A DNA stretch of 64,000 nt from Spirochaetia bacterium (GTDB lineage Bacteria > Spirochaetota > Spirochaetia > SZUA-6 > Bin103), in assembly GCA_965203905.1 (NCBI GenBank), contig CBDBDQ010000005.1:2880001-2944000 (forward strand), in the 5' to 3' direction. Within the stretch, counting starts at the first letter, position 1; every line of letters starts with the position of its first letter. Below, in pieces: positions 10,252-20,521 of this stretch. Below the pieces are notes generated by a model. It was given only the letters and a program-made list of their open reading frames with translations, was not told the origin of the DNA and did no database searches. Both the position numbers and the translations under genes were made by a program.

Positions 10252-11682
10252 TCAGCGGGAGAGCAGGGCCGCGACCGCTGCCTCCCCGCGGCGGATGGCG
10301 CTCTCGTAGGGGGTCTGGCGGCGCGAGTCGCGGGCCGCGAGGTCGGCGCCCGCATCCAGCAGTGCGGCGACGACAAGATCGAGCTGGTCGATGTCGTCGC
10401 GCAGGTGGTGCAGGGGCGAGCCGCCATCCGGCAGGGTGGCGGTGGCGAAGCCGGGATGTTGCGCCAGGTACTGCCGCAGCGCCTCGACCCTGCCGAAGGA
10501 GACGAGGTCGAGCCCGTCGGGGCAACTGTCGAGGAGGTAGTCCCGCATCGCGGCGTTGCCGGCGTGGTTGGCCCACCCGGCCGGTGTCGACTCGTGGTTG
10601 GCGTCGCGCAGCGGGCGCGCGCCGTGCGCGACCAGGACTTCGGCGGCCGCGCGCCGGTCGTTCCAGGCGGCCTGATGCAGGGCGGTGGTCCCGTCGTCAG
10701 CGGTGGCATTCGGATCCGCGCCGAGGCTGAGCAGACACCGTACGGCGGCGACGTTGCCCAGGGACGCGGCCGCGTGCAGCGTACCGGGATCGGCCAGGGC
10801 GTCGGGGGCATGCTGCAGCGCCGCGCGCGCGGCGGCCTCGTCGCCGCTCATGCAGGCGGCCCGGAAACGGTCCTCCGGGCTCAACTCGACCGCCTCGGCA
10901 CCGGCGCGCACCAGCATCTCGGCGATCTCGCCGAATCCGTTCAGCAGTGCGTTTTCGTGGTGACTGCGCCCATCGTAGTAGTTGGCGCCGCGCGGATCGG
11001 CGCCATGCCGGAGCAGCAGCGCGGCCCGCTCGGTGAATCCCTTGACCACCGCGTGGCCGAGCATGAAGTCGAGTGTCCCTATCGGGTTGTCGGTCTTCCA
11101 GTTGACCCGGTCCGCGGCGCTGAGGCCTCGGTCGAGCAGAAGCTTCAGCCAGCGGTTGTCGGGCCGAAAGATCGTATTGTAGAGCCCCTGCGCATCGTTG
11201 GGATCCGCGCCGGCGTCGAGCAGTAGTGTCGCCAGCTCCCAGGCATGGGCGTGCGGCGGCTGGCTGACAATGCCGCCCTCACCTTCGCCCATCGCACCGG
11301 TGAGGGCGGTGAAGCGGTAGGTGCCATCCCACATGAAGTGCGCGTTCGGGTCGGCCCCGTGCTCCAGCAGCAGCCGCGCGGTGGCGACGGCATCGGCATC
11401 GGGAAGCTGCTCGGTGACCCGCGAGTAGCAGAGGTAGAGCAACGGTTGCCATTTGCGCGGCCCGCCGGCCGCAGACGCCCGGCGCGGATCCTCGCCCAGG
11501 AGCCGCCGCAGCGCCTCGACGCTCGCGGTGGCGGCGGCCGTATGGGCGTCGGCCGCCGCCAGCGCCGGCCGCGCCGTTAACATCTGCCGCGCCCGGTCGA
11601 CGCGCTCCGTCGAGTCGTTGCCGTAGGTCAGGCAGGCGAGGTCAAGAAACTGCTCCACCTCGCCGTTGCGTTGCTTCAACAT
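10252..11682 (-). CDS. Ankyrin repeat protein
   Basis: Repeated LLEHGADPN, LLDAGADPN, TALHQAA, GSPLH motifs. Confidence 0.88.
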   Translation of the reverse strand: MLKQRNGEVEQFLDLACLTYGNDSTERVDRARQMLTARPALAAADAHTAAATASVEALRRLLGEDPRRASAAGGPRKWQPLLYLCYSRVTEQLPDADAVATARLLLEHGADPNAHFMWDGTYRFTALTGAMGEGEGGIVSQPPHAHAWELATLLLDAGADPNDAQGLYNTIFRPDNRWLKLLLDRGLSAADRVNWKTDNPIGTLDFMLGHAVVKGFTERAALLLRHGADPRGANYYDGRSHHENALLNGFGEIAEMLVRAGAEAVELSPEDRFRAACMSGDEAAARAALQHAPDALADPGTLHAAASLGNVAAVRCLLSLGADPNATADDGTTALHQAAWNDRRAAAEVLVAHGARPLRDANHESTPAGWANHAGNAAMRDYLLDSCPDGLDLVSFGRVEALRQYLAQHPGFATATLPDGGSPLHHLRDDIDQLDLVVAALLDAGADLAARDSRRQTPYESAIRRGEAAVAALLSR

Positions 11683-11709
11683 TTGGATTCCTCTTATACC
11701 ATGCGTCCC

Positions 11710-12510
11710 TCACGCCGGTACGGCGGCGTCGAACGCCTCGGCCAGGGCGGCCACGGTGGGGTAGCGGGCAGCGGGATCGGGCGCGCACGCCACCTCCGTC
11801 ATCGTCCGCACCGAGTCTTCCAAGAAGATCGCCGCGGTTCGGCCCAGGGTGAACACCGTCGTCCGCTCGTCGATAAGCCGCCCGCGCTCGAACTCCTCGG
11901 GTGCCATGAAGCGGGTGGAACCGGGCATCCGGCCTACGGTATTGCGATAGGGCCCGGAGCGATAGTGGTCGAGGTCGCATACCCGCAAGGTTCCGGCGTC
12001 GAAGTCGTAGATCAGGCAGCCGTCGTAGAAGTCGCCCGCCACCCACCCTCGGCCGGCGAGCGCCCGGTGCAGATCGATGATCGACCGAACCGCGGCGATG
12101 CGTCCGGCCCGCGGCAGCGATCGGAACCTTCGAGCGGCACTGTCCGGGGCGCCCCGCCGGTGGCCGGGAACGTACAGGTTCTCGCCGTCCACCCACCGGT
12201 ACACCAACATGCGGCCCCAGGTGGACTCGATCGAGGTAACGAACTGCGTCAGGGCGGGATGCGAAACGCTGCGGGCCAGCCGCTCGGCGTTCTCAAGCCG
12301 TGCGATGCGTCTGCCATGGGCGCCCGCGTGCCGTTCCGGGCCCGCGGGGTCCCCCGCCGTCTTCACGAAGTACCGGGCCGCGGCGGCTGCCACGCCGAAG
12401 GAGATGTTTCCGGAATCCTGTTGGTCGATGTGCGCGAATATCCGGCCGACCGAGCTCAGGAACTCGGCAGGAGCGAGTTCGGTCGCCGGAGTGTGCCACG
12501 TGGCCAGCTC
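11710..12510 (-). CDS. Protein-kinase-like (Ser/Thr kinase fold) protein; start uncertain
   Basis: FVKT, GDFYDGCL, CDLDHY, FMAPEE, PAARYPTV. Confidence 0.7.
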   Translation of the reverse strand, partial: ELATWHTPATELAPAEFLSSVGRIFAHIDQQDSGNISFGVAAAAARYFVKTAGDPAGPERHAGAHGRRIARLENAERLARSVSHPALTQFVTSIESTWGRMLVYRWVDGENLYVPGHRRGAPDSAARRFRSLPRAGRIAAVRSIIDLHRALAGRGWVAGDFYDGCLIYDFDAGTLRVCDLDHYRSGPYRNTVGRMPGSTRFMAPEEFERGRLIDERTTVFTLGRTAAIFLEDSVRTMTEVACAPDPAARYPTVAALAEAFDAAVPA

Positions 12511-13600
12511 AGATGAACCGATCAGCGGCCTCGGCGCCGGGGGCGAAGATCGCGACCATCTCCGGTCGCAGGGGGTAGCGCAGCGGTTCGCCCGCGAAGT
12601 GGCGGCGCGCCTCGTGGCACTGGCCGAGGAACACGCCCAGGTGCGCGCCATAGGTGCCGCCGGCGCGATGCGGCGTGTGGATCACGTTGGGCAGCGTCCG
12701 CATGGGGTCGCCCGCCGGGGGCGGCTCCGGGCTGTACACGTCGATGCCGGCACGCAGCTCGCCGGCGGTGAGCCGTTCCAGCAGCGGCGGCTGCTCCACC
12801 ACCGCCATGCGCGACACCAGCACGAACACCGCCTCCGGCGGCAAGGCGTGGATCACGTCACGATTGATGATCCCGATCGTCTCCGGGGTCGGCGGGATGG
12901 CGATGCAGAACACCTCGCTGCGCGCGGCCATGGCGACCAGGTCGTCGACCTTGCGGCCGCCCAACGCCGCAATCCGGTCTTCCGGTATGTAGGGGTCGAA
13001 CGCTTCCCAGTCGGTGTCGAACGGCGCCAGCATGCGCGCCAGCTGGCGGTGGATCTCGCCGAACCCGGCCAGCCCTACCCGCCTGCCGTGCAGCCGGTCG
13101 GGTACGTCGGCCCACTCCGGGTGGTCGACCCAACGCACCCAGCCGTTGGCGCCCACCGTCTCATGCTCCTGGGGGAGGCTGCGCAGCGCGGCCAGCACCA
13201 GCGCCAACTCGTACTCCGCCACCCACGGCGACATGACGGGCGCGGTCTCGCTGATGGCGATGCCCTGCGCAACCGCCGCTTCCACGTCGATGAACTTGGC
13301 CTGCGTGTAGTGGCAGGTGGAACCGATGTAGCGCAACCGGCTGGCCCGGGCGAGCCGTTCGGCGGACAGGTAACCGATGCCTTGCGGGCCCCAGCCGCGC
13401 AGCACCATGCCGTCGGCATCGGCGAGCGCGGCATCCACCTGCGACGCACGTTCCTCTTGCGTCTGCTCAGGCTGCAGGCGAACCTCTACCCGCTCGGCGA
13501 ACGAGTCGAGCACCTCCGCCGCCCGCTTGCTCCAGTGCTGTTCGATTTCCGGCCTCCGTAACCGGGACCCATGCACCACGACAATCCTGGGACGTGCCAT
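12509..13600 (-). CDS. D-isomer-specific 2-hydroxyacid dehydrogenase
   Basis: GLAGFGEI, PPTPET, SRMAVV, IDVYSPEP, HTPHRAG. Confidence 0.85.
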   Translation of the reverse strand: MARPRIVVVHGSRLRRPEIEQHWSKRAAEVLDSFAERVEVRLQPEQTQEERASQVDAALADADGMVLRGWGPQGIGYLSAERLARASRLRYIGSTCHYTQAKFIDVEAAVAQGIAISETAPVMSPWVAEYELALVLAALRSLPQEHETVGANGWVRWVDHPEWADVPDRLHGRRVGLAGFGEIHRQLARMLAPFDTDWEAFDPYIPEDRIAALGGRKVDDLVAMAARSEVFCIAIPPTPETIGIINRDVIHALPPEAVFVLVSRMAVVEQPPLLERLTAGELRAGIDVYSPEPPPAGDPMRTLPNVIHTPHRAGGTYGAHLGVFLGQCHEARRHFAGEPLRYPLRPEMVAIFAPGAEAADRFI

Positions 13601-13682
13601 CCTTTACCTCCTTATGCGGCGAGAGCAGGTCTCATGGGTAACGCCTGTCGCTTGCGCTTACCCAAAATGGCGGCCACCGTGC

Positions 13683-13848
13683 CTAGCAGCCCGTGGCGCA
13701 ACACCGGCTGCATTCGAGCGGCGATCCATCCCGGCTGGCTGCGTTGCTCCTCGCTCACATATGCCCTGATATGCTCGTTCGTCGCGCCTTGCCAGCCGGG
13801 CGCCTCGCCGCTCTCGGTGCGACGCCGGGTTCCACCACGGGCTGCTTG
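13683..13848. mobile_element. Non-autonomous MITE-like element (166 bp including flanking 4-mers)
   Basis: Ends CTAGCAGCCCGTGG / CCACGGGCTGCTTG, internal stem CCGGCTGGC..GCCAGCCGG, empty-site homologue at ~33636-33680. Confidence 0.75.
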
Positions 13849-13916
13849 CCCCATGCGCCGTTTCCATGGTCTTCCGTGGCACGGAGTGACCGTGGTGACT
13901 CCTGCGCGGCTCTGTC

Positions 13917-14183
13917 TCATTTCTCGTAGTGATAGCGGCAGGAGATGATGGTGACGTTGGCGTCGTCGACGGCATAGACCAGGCGGTTGGTGTCGTCGAT
14001 TCGCCTGGACCAGAATCCGCTCAGATTCTCCTTCAACGCTTCCGGCTTGCCTACCCCTGCGAACGGCGAACGAAGGGCGTCGGAGATCAGCCGGTTTATT
14101 CGCCGCAGCGTCCTCCGATCCTGTGTCTGCCATTGCACGTAGTCGTCCCAGGCCGCGTGAGTCCAGGCCAACCTGCGCTTCAC
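13917..14183 (-). CDS. yoeB: Txe/YoeB-family toxin
   Basis: AWDDYVQWQ, GVGKPEALK, WSRRIDDTNRLVY, SCRYHY. Confidence 0.92.
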   Translation of the reverse strand: MKRRLAWTHAAWDDYVQWQTQDRRTLRRINRLISDALRSPFAGVGKPEALKENLSGFWSRRIDDTNRLVYAVDDANVTIISCRYHYEK

Positions 14184-14440
14184 GGCTGCTCGGCGAGAGT
14201 ATCTCGCTCGACCACCATGCCGGCGCGGAACTGCTCGATCGATTCGGAGAGGTGCGCGGCGTTGGCGGGAGACTTCAGCAGATAAACCGTCTCGATCAGG
14301 CTGTTGTAGTAGTCGAGCGACATTACCACGGCGTCCTCGGCATCTCGACGCGTGATGATCGCGACGTCGGCATCTCCCGTCACTCCATCGAGGAGTGACT
14401 TCAGCCCGTTCCGGGCATCGGTGAACGACACGGTTCGCAT
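14180..14440 (-). CDS. yefM: Phd/YefM antitoxin
   Basis: SFTDARNGL, VVMSLDYYNSLIETVYLLKSPANA. Confidence 0.92.
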   Translation of the reverse strand: MRTVSFTDARNGLKSLLDGVTGDADVAIITRRDAEDAVVMSLDYYNSLIETVYLLKSPANAAHLSESIEQFRAGMVVERDTLAEQP

Positions 14441-14554
14441 GCAGGAATCCTATCACATGGGGAGAGACCTGTACCACTAACCGGACAGCTCGCACAGCTC
14501 ACTCCTGCAGGAGGGGTGCCGCTGCTCGCCCCCCAACTGCGCTCTTCGAACGGG

Positions 14555-16018
14555 TCACTGGATGGGGGGCCGGCGGTCGGACCAGGGGCGGGCCGCCTCG
14601 AGCTGCGCGGAGAGCCGGAACAGGAGATCCTCGCGGCCGTAGGCGGCGATGAGCTGTACCCCGACCGGAAGCCCTTCCTCGCTCCAGTGCAGCGGCAGGG
14701 TGATGGCGGGCTGCCCCGACACGTTGTAATGCCCGGTGAAGGCGGCCAGGCCCAGCGGCTTCTCACCGCCATCCCCGCGGGGCAGGTTCAGCGCCCGCAG
14801 GCGACCGGGTTCGACCGCGCCCTCCTTGAAACGGAACGGCAGCGTCGCCAGCGTCGGCGTAACGAGGATGTCGAAACCGTCCGCCCACCACTGCGCCAGG
14901 CGGCGCGCGTAGCGGTGCTGTGCAGCCATGGCCTGCATCAGTTGCACGCCGCTCACCTGGCGCGCCGCATCCGCCGCGCTCCAGGTGTTCGGTTCCACGT
15001 CCCCGGCGCCCAGCTCGCGGCCGAGCAACGCGCCGATGCGGTCGAGTTCGCTGGCTACGTGCGCGTACTTGATCGGGTACATCGCTTCGATCATCGGGCG
15101 ATCTTCCAGAATGTCGAGACAGGCTGGCCTGTCGTCCTCCGCCTCGTGTCCGAGATCCGCCAGCAGGCTGACGGTGGACTCGACCGCGGCGGCGCAGGCG
15201 GGGTCCCACCCCCGTTCGTCCGCGCGCAGGGTGCGGAAGCCGATGCGCAGGCGGCCGGGATCGGCCCCCACCTCGTCGCGCCACGGACGCAGCGGCGGCG
15301 GCGCCATGCAGGGGTCGCCGGGCGCGGGACCGGCGCACGCGTCCAGCACCGCCGCCGAGTCGCGCACCGAGCGGGTGAGGACGTGCTCGCAGGTCTTCTG
15401 GCCGAAGCGCTCGCCGAAGTCCGGTCCGAGGGTGATACGCCCGCGGGACGGCTTGAGGCCGACCACGCCGCAACAGCTCGCCGGAATCCGGATCGACCCG
15501 CCCGAGTCACTGCCGTGCGCCGCCGGCACGAACCCGGCGGCCACGGCCGCGGCCGCACCGCCGCTGGAGCCGCCGGCCGTGCGCTGCAGGTCCCAGGGGT
15601 TGAGGGTGGCCCCGTATGCCACGGAGTCGGTGATCGGGCTGAGGGCCATCTCGGAGAGGTTGCTCTTGCCGAGGATGGCGAACCCGGCGCGCTTGTAGCG
15701 TGCCCCGAGGTAGCTGTCGTGGTCGGAGCGGTAGCCGGCCTCCTTCAGGACCCGCATGCCCGCATGGAAGGGCTCGCCCTCGATCTGGCAGAGAACGTCC
15801 TTGAGCAGGAACGGCACGCCGCGGAAGGGCCCGTCGGGAAGCCCGGCGCGGGCCTCTTCGCGCACGCGATCGAAGCGGCGCAGGATCACGGCGTTGAGCT
15901 GCGCGTCAAGCCGCTCGATGCGGGCGATGGCGGCATCGACCAGCTCCAAGGCCGCAACCTGCCCACTGCGCACCAGCTCCGCTTGTGCCGTCGCGTCCAG
16001 GCGAGTCACGTTGTCCAT
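14555..16018 (-). CDS. Amidase-signature family enzyme, copy 2
   Basis: [30 protein letters not shown]. Confidence 0.92.
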   Translation of the reverse strand: MDNVTRLDATAQAELVRSGQVAALELVDAAIARIERLDAQLNAVILRRFDRVREEARAGLPDGPFRGVPFLLKDVLCQIEGEPFHAGMRVLKEAGYRSDHDSYLGARYKRAGFAILGKSNLSEMALSPITDSVAYGATLNPWDLQRTAGGSSGGAAAAVAAGFVPAAHGSDSGGSIRIPASCCGVVGLKPSRGRITLGPDFGERFGQKTCEHVLTRSVRDSAAVLDACAGPAPGDPCMAPPPLRPWRDEVGADPGRLRIGFRTLRADERGWDPACAAAVESTVSLLADLGHEAEDDRPACLDILEDRPMIEAMYPIKYAHVASELDRIGALLGRELGAGDVEPNTWSAADAARQVSGVQLMQAMAAQHRYARRLAQWWADGFDILVTPTLATLPFRFKEGAVEPGRLRALNLPRGDGGEKPLGLAAFTGHYNVSGQPAITLPLHWSEEGLPVGVQLIAAYGREDLLFRLSAQLEAARPWSDRRPPIQ

Positions 16019-16075
16019 GGATCGCACTATATCGAAGCGCGTCGGACCGCGTTGGCACGCACGCTTGACCTCAGG

Positions 16076-17539
16076 TCACTGGACAGGCGGCCGCCGGTCG
16101 GCCCAGGGGAGGGCCGCCTCGAGCTGCGCGGCGAGCCGGAACAGCAGATCCTCGCGGCCGTAGGCGGCGATGAACTGTACCCCGACCGGGAGCCCCTCCT
16201 CGGTCCAGTGCAGCGGCAGGGAGATGGCGGGCTGCCCCGACACGTTGTACTGCCAGGTGAGGGTGGCCAAGCCCGGCGCCTTGTCCGCACCGCATTTTCC
16301 GGGCAGGTCCAGCGCGCGCAGGCGACCGGGTTCGACTCCGCCCTCCCTGAACCGGAACGGCAGCGTCGCTAGCGTCGGCGTCACCAGGACCTCGGACCCG
16401 TCCTCCCACCACTGGGTCAGGCGGCGCCCAACTTGGTGCTGCTCGGCCATGGCTTGCAGCAGTTGCACGCCGCTCACCCCGCGGCCCGCCTCCGCCGCGT
16501 TCCAGGTATTCGGCTCCACGTCCCGGGCACCGAGCTCGCGGCCCAGTAGCGCGCCGATGTGCTCGAGCTCGCTGGCCACCTGGGCGTCATTGATCAGGTG
16601 CATCGCCTCGATGATCGGATGATCGACGAGAATGTCGAGGCAGGCGGGGCTGTCGTCCTCCACCTCGTGCCCGAGATCCGCCAGCAGTGTGACGGCAGCT
16701 TCGACGGCGGCGGCACAGTCGGGGTCCCACCACCGTTCGTCCGCCCGCAGGGTGCGGAAGCCGATGCGCAGGCGGCCGGGATCGGCCCCCACCTCGTCGC
16801 GCCACGGGCGCAGCGGCGGCGGCGCCGTGTAGGGGTCGCCGGGCGCGGGCCCGGCGCACGCGTCCAGCACCGCCGCCGAGTCGCGCACCGAGCGGGTGAG
16901 GACGTGCTCGCACGTCTTCAGCCCGAAGCGTTCGCCGAAGTCCGGCCCGAGCGTGGTGCGCCCGCGCGAAGGCTTGAGGCCTACCACGCCGCAGCAGCTC
17001 GCGGGAATCCGGATCGACCCGCCCGAGTCGCTGCCATGCGCCACCGGCACGAACCCTGCGGCCACGGCCGCGCCTGCACCGCCGCTGGAGCCGCCGGTCG
17101 TACGTTGCAGGTCCCAGGGGTTGCGGGTCGGCCCGTAGGCGACGGAGTCGGTGATCGGGCTCAGGGCAAGTTCGGGCAGGTTGCTCTTACCGAGGATGGC
17201 GAACCCGGCGCGCTTGTAGCGTGCCCCGAGATAGCTGTCGTGGTCGGAGTGGTAGCCGGCCTCCTTCAGCGCTCGCATGCCCGCATGGAAGGGCTCGCCT
17301 TCGATCTGGCAGAGGACGTCCTTGAGCAGGAACGGCACGCCGCGGAAGGGCCCGTCGGGAAGCCCGGCGCGGGCCTCTTCGCGCACGCGATCGAAGCGGC
17401 GCAGGATAACGGCGTTGAGCTGCGCGTCGAGCCGCTCGATGCGGGCGATCGCGGCATCGACCAGTTCGACGGCAGCAACCTCTCCGTTCCGCACCATTTC
17501 CGCCTGTGCAGTCGCGTCCAACCAGAGCAGGTCGTCCAT
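16076..17539 (-). CDS. Amidase-signature family enzyme, copy 1
   Basis: Same triad motifs; tandem paralogue of 14555-16018. Confidence 0.92.
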   Translation of the reverse strand: MDDLLWLDATAQAEMVRNGEVAAVELVDAAIARIERLDAQLNAVILRRFDRVREEARAGLPDGPFRGVPFLLKDVLCQIEGEPFHAGMRALKEAGYHSDHDSYLGARYKRAGFAILGKSNLPELALSPITDSVAYGPTRNPWDLQRTTGGSSGGAGAAVAAGFVPVAHGSDSGGSIRIPASCCGVVGLKPSRGRTTLGPDFGERFGLKTCEHVLTRSVRDSAAVLDACAGPAPGDPYTAPPPLRPWRDEVGADPGRLRIGFRTLRADERWWDPDCAAAVEAAVTLLADLGHEVEDDSPACLDILVDHPIIEAMHLINDAQVASELEHIGALLGRELGARDVEPNTWNAAEAGRGVSGVQLLQAMAEQHQVGRRLTQWWEDGSEVLVTPTLATLPFRFREGGVEPGRLRALDLPGKCGADKAPGLATLTWQYNVSGQPAISLPLHWTEEGLPVGVQFIAAYGREDLLFRLAAQLEAALPWADRRPPVQ

Positions 17540-17625
17540 GATGGCACTATACCCGGAGGCCCATGGCTGGTCGCACATCAGTGCCCGCGCGAAAGCGATA
17601 CCGATATCGGCGAGTTGTATGGAGT

Positions 17626-17805
17626 ATGGCGAAAGTCAGGGACGCCATCCGGCTGGTCCGCACCAAGGGGAGCCACCGCCAGTATCAACATGCGGAAAAA
17701 TCGGGCACGATTACGATAGCCGGGAAGATGAGCAAGGATCTGGCGCCGGGGACGTGGATCCACATTCTGAAGCAGGCACGGCTGACCAAAGGAGACCGAC
17801 GATGA
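17626..17805 (+). CDS. hicA: HicA-family toxin, apparently with internal deletion
   Basis: TKGSHRQY, DLAPGT..ILKQA; lacks usual LxxDGW segment. Confidence 0.75.
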   Translation: MAKVRDAIRLVRTKGSHRQYQHAEKSGTITIAGKMSKDLAPGTWIHILKQARLTKGDRR

Positions 17806-18008
17806 GATACGCGGTGGTGATCGAGAGGACAGACAACGGCTACTCGGCCTACGCTCCGGATCTGCCTGGATGTATCGCCGCCGGTGACTCGCGGGCGGAA
17901 ACCGAGCGTTTGATCCGCGAAGCGATTGCGATGCACGTCCAGTCGCTCAAGGAACAGGGACACCCGGTCCCCGATCCCTCCACTTCTACCGCGTCAGTTC
18001 AAGTGTGA
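17802..18008 (+). CDS. hicB: HicB-family antitoxin (short form)
   Basis: YAVVIE, YSAYAPDLPGCIAAG, IREAIAMH, PVPDP; ATGA overlap. Confidence 0.88.
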   Translation: MRYAVVIERTDNGYSAYAPDLPGCIAAGDSRAETERLIREAIAMHVQSLKEQGHPVPDPSTSTASVQV

Positions 18009-18305
18009 CGAATACGTAGGGCCTGGCACTCGACGTTTGAGTCGTCCTGCGGCGACCAGGCGCTGAGGTCGGTCGGCCACCGCCTTCGCCGGCGTGCGCT
18101 CGGCCACCCGGGAACGAGCTTGAAGACTCCGCCCCTGTCGGGTACAAGATCAGATGCCCGTCATCGGGCCGCGCGTCATGCAATGGGGTATGAGGTCGTC
18201 ACCCACCGGTAGTCCGACCCGAACTGGCCGCCCGCCGGCTCCGGGCAGGGCGCCGCCTCGTGGTTGCGAACGGCCACGGACCGGCGCCGCCGGCCGCGCG
18301 CACTG

Positions 18306-19295
18306 ATGCTGCAGTTTCTCGGCCGGCGGATCCTGCTGGCGATTCCCACTTTACTCATCATCTCCATCGTTTCCTTCCTCATCATCCAGCTTCCTCCCGG
18401 TGACTTCGTCACCGTCACCGTGGCCCAGGCCAGAGAGTCGGGCAGCTTTCTCGACGAAGAGGAAGTAGCCGCCATGCGCAAGCGCTACGGCATCGATCAG
18501 CCGGTGTACGTGCAGTATCTCAAGTGGTTGCGCAACCTGGTGCAGGGCAACCTCGGGGTGTCGTTCATGTGGACCAAGCCGATCGGGAGGCTGGTCGTCG
18601 AGCGGCTTCCCTGGACCCTGCTGCTCTCCTCGGTGGCGTTGGTGTTCGTCTACCTGGTCGCGATCCCGGTCGGCGTGCTGGCGGCCACCCACCAGTACTC
18701 GGTGAGCGACTTCGTGGCCACGTTCGTGGGCTTCGTGGGCCTGGCGATTCCCAACTTCCTGTTCGCGCTGGTGTTTCTCTGGTTGGCCTTTCTGGCAACC
18801 GGCAAGGCGGTGGTGGGGCTGTTCTCGCCGGAGTATGTCTCGGCGGCGTGGAGCTTCGCCAAGTTCGTCGACCTGCTGAAGCACCTGATCATTCCGGTGG
18901 TCGTCATCGGCACCGCCGGCACCGCGGGCCTCATCAGGGTTATGCGTGCGAACCTGTTGGATGAATTGAAAAAACAGTACGTGATCGTGGCCCGCGCCAA
19001 GGGCCTGGCCGAACGCAGGCTGCTGTTCCGCTACCCGGTGCGGATCGCGGTCAACCCGATCCTGAGCACGATCGGCTGGACCCTGCCGGGGCTGGTGAAC
19101 GGCGAGTTGCTTACCGCCCTGGTGCTGGGGCTGCCGACCCTCGCTCCCATCTTCCTGCAGTCGCTGCTGACCCAGGACATGTACCTGGCTGGGAGCATCG
19201 TCTTCATTCTGAGCACGCTGACGGTGATCGGCACCATCATCTCGGACCTGCTGCTGGCGTGGAGCGATCCCCGCATCCGGGAGGCCGCGCTATGA
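18306..19295 (+). CDS. Peptide/oligosaccharide (Opp/Dpp-type) ABC permease B
   Basis: IIQLPPGD, ARAKGL, DPRIR. Confidence 0.9.
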   Translation: MLQFLGRRILLAIPTLLIISIVSFLIIQLPPGDFVTVTVAQARESGSFLDEEEVAAMRKRYGIDQPVYVQYLKWLRNLVQGNLGVSFMWTKPIGRLVVERLPWTLLLSSVALVFVYLVAIPVGVLAATHQYSVSDFVATFVGFVGLAIPNFLFALVFLWLAFLATGKAVVGLFSPEYVSAAWSFAKFVDLLKHLIIPVVVIGTAGTAGLIRVMRANLLDELKKQYVIVARAKGLAERRLLFRYPVRIAVNPILSTIGWTLPGLVNGELLTALVLGLPTLAPIFLQSLLTQDMYLAGSIVFILSTLTVIGTIISDLLLAWSDPRIREAAL

Positions 19296-20404
19296 AGCGC
19301 ACGTCGAAGCGGCCCTCCGAGGAGCGGCTCTACGTCGCGTCCCAGTGGCAACTGTTCCGCTGGAAGCTGGCCCGACACCGGGTGGCGATGGTCTCGATGG
19401 TGGTGCTGGGGATCTTCTACCTGGCGGCGCTGTGCGCCGAGTTCGTGGCGCCCTACGATCCCAACGAGTTCGACAAGGACCTGGTGCTGGCTCCGATCCT
19501 GCGCCCGCGCTTCATCGACGACAGCGGCAAGCTGCACCTGCGGCCGTTCGTGTACCGGCTGGAGAAGTCGGTGAACGAACACTGGCAGATCATCTACCGT
19601 GAGGATCGCTCGGTGCGGTATCCGATTCGGCTCTTCGTGCACGGCGACCGCTACAAGCTGTGGGGACTGATCCCCGGCGATCTGCACCTGTTCGGTACCG
19701 ACGAGGGGGTGTTCTCGCCCCTGGGCCGGGACCGGGGAGGGCGCGACCTGTTCTCGCGCATCGTGTTCAGCAGCCGCGTCTCGCTCACCATCGGGCTGCT
19801 GGGCGTGGCCCTGAGCCTGCTCATCGGGATCATCCTGGGTGGGATATCCGGCTACTACGGCGGCCGGCTCGACCTTCTCATTCAGCGTCTCATCGAGGCG
19901 CTGCAATCGATTCCGACGATCCCGCTGTGGATGGGCCTGCGCGCGGCGCTGCCGTATCACTGGTCGATCACCGCCACCTACTTCGCCATCGTGGTGATCC
20001 TGTCGCTGGTGGGTTGGACCGGCATGGCGCGGGTGGTGCGCGGCAAGTTCCTGGCGTTGCGCAGCGAGGACTTCGTGGTTGCCGCGCGCATTGCCGGGGC
20101 CAGGGACGGCGCGGTGATCTTCGGCCACCTGCTGCCGTCGTTCATCAGCCACATCATCGCATCGGTCACGCTGGCGGTGCCGGGGATGATCCTGGCCGAG
20201 ACCGCGTTGAGCTTCATCGGGCTGGGGATGCAGGCGCCGGCGATGAGTTGGGGAGTGCTGCTGCAGGAGGCGCAGAGCATCGAGACCCTGGCCAAGGCGC
20301 CCTGGATATTGACGCCGGCGATCTTCGTGGTGGTGAGCATCCTGGGCTTCAACTTCCTGGGCGACGGCCTGCGCGATGCGGCCGATCCGTACGGGAACCT
20401 GTAG
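19292..20404 (+). CDS. Opp/Dpp-type ABC permease C
   Basis: GRDLFSRI, ETALSFIGLG, LGDGLRDAADP. Confidence 0.9.
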   Translation: MKRTSKRPSEERLYVASQWQLFRWKLARHRVAMVSMVVLGIFYLAALCAEFVAPYDPNEFDKDLVLAPILRPRFIDDSGKLHLRPFVYRLEKSVNEHWQIIYREDRSVRYPIRLFVHGDRYKLWGLIPGDLHLFGTDEGVFSPLGRDRGGRDLFSRIVFSSRVSLTIGLLGVALSLLIGIILGGISGYYGGRLDLLIQRLIEALQSIPTIPLWMGLRAALPYHWSITATYFAIVVILSLVGWTGMARVVRGKFLALRSEDFVVAARIAGARDGAVIFGHLLPSFISHIIASVTLAVPGMILAETALSFIGLGMQAPAMSWGVLLQEAQSIETLAKAPWILTPAIFVVVSILGFNFLGDGLRDAADPYGNL

Positions 20405-20492
20405 CGGCAGCGTGCCGGGCGTGCCGAAAGCGGACGTTCGCAACTGGTGGGCGGACGGCGGGCACGGCGGGCAAAACGGCGGGCGCACGCAT

Positions 20493-20521
20493 TTGACAGG
20501 TGGGTTGGGCCGGGATAGGTT
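20493..20521 (+). promoter_or_regulatory. Putative internal sigma70 promoter for SBP
   Basis: TTGACA-17 nt-TAGGTT. Confidence 0.5.
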
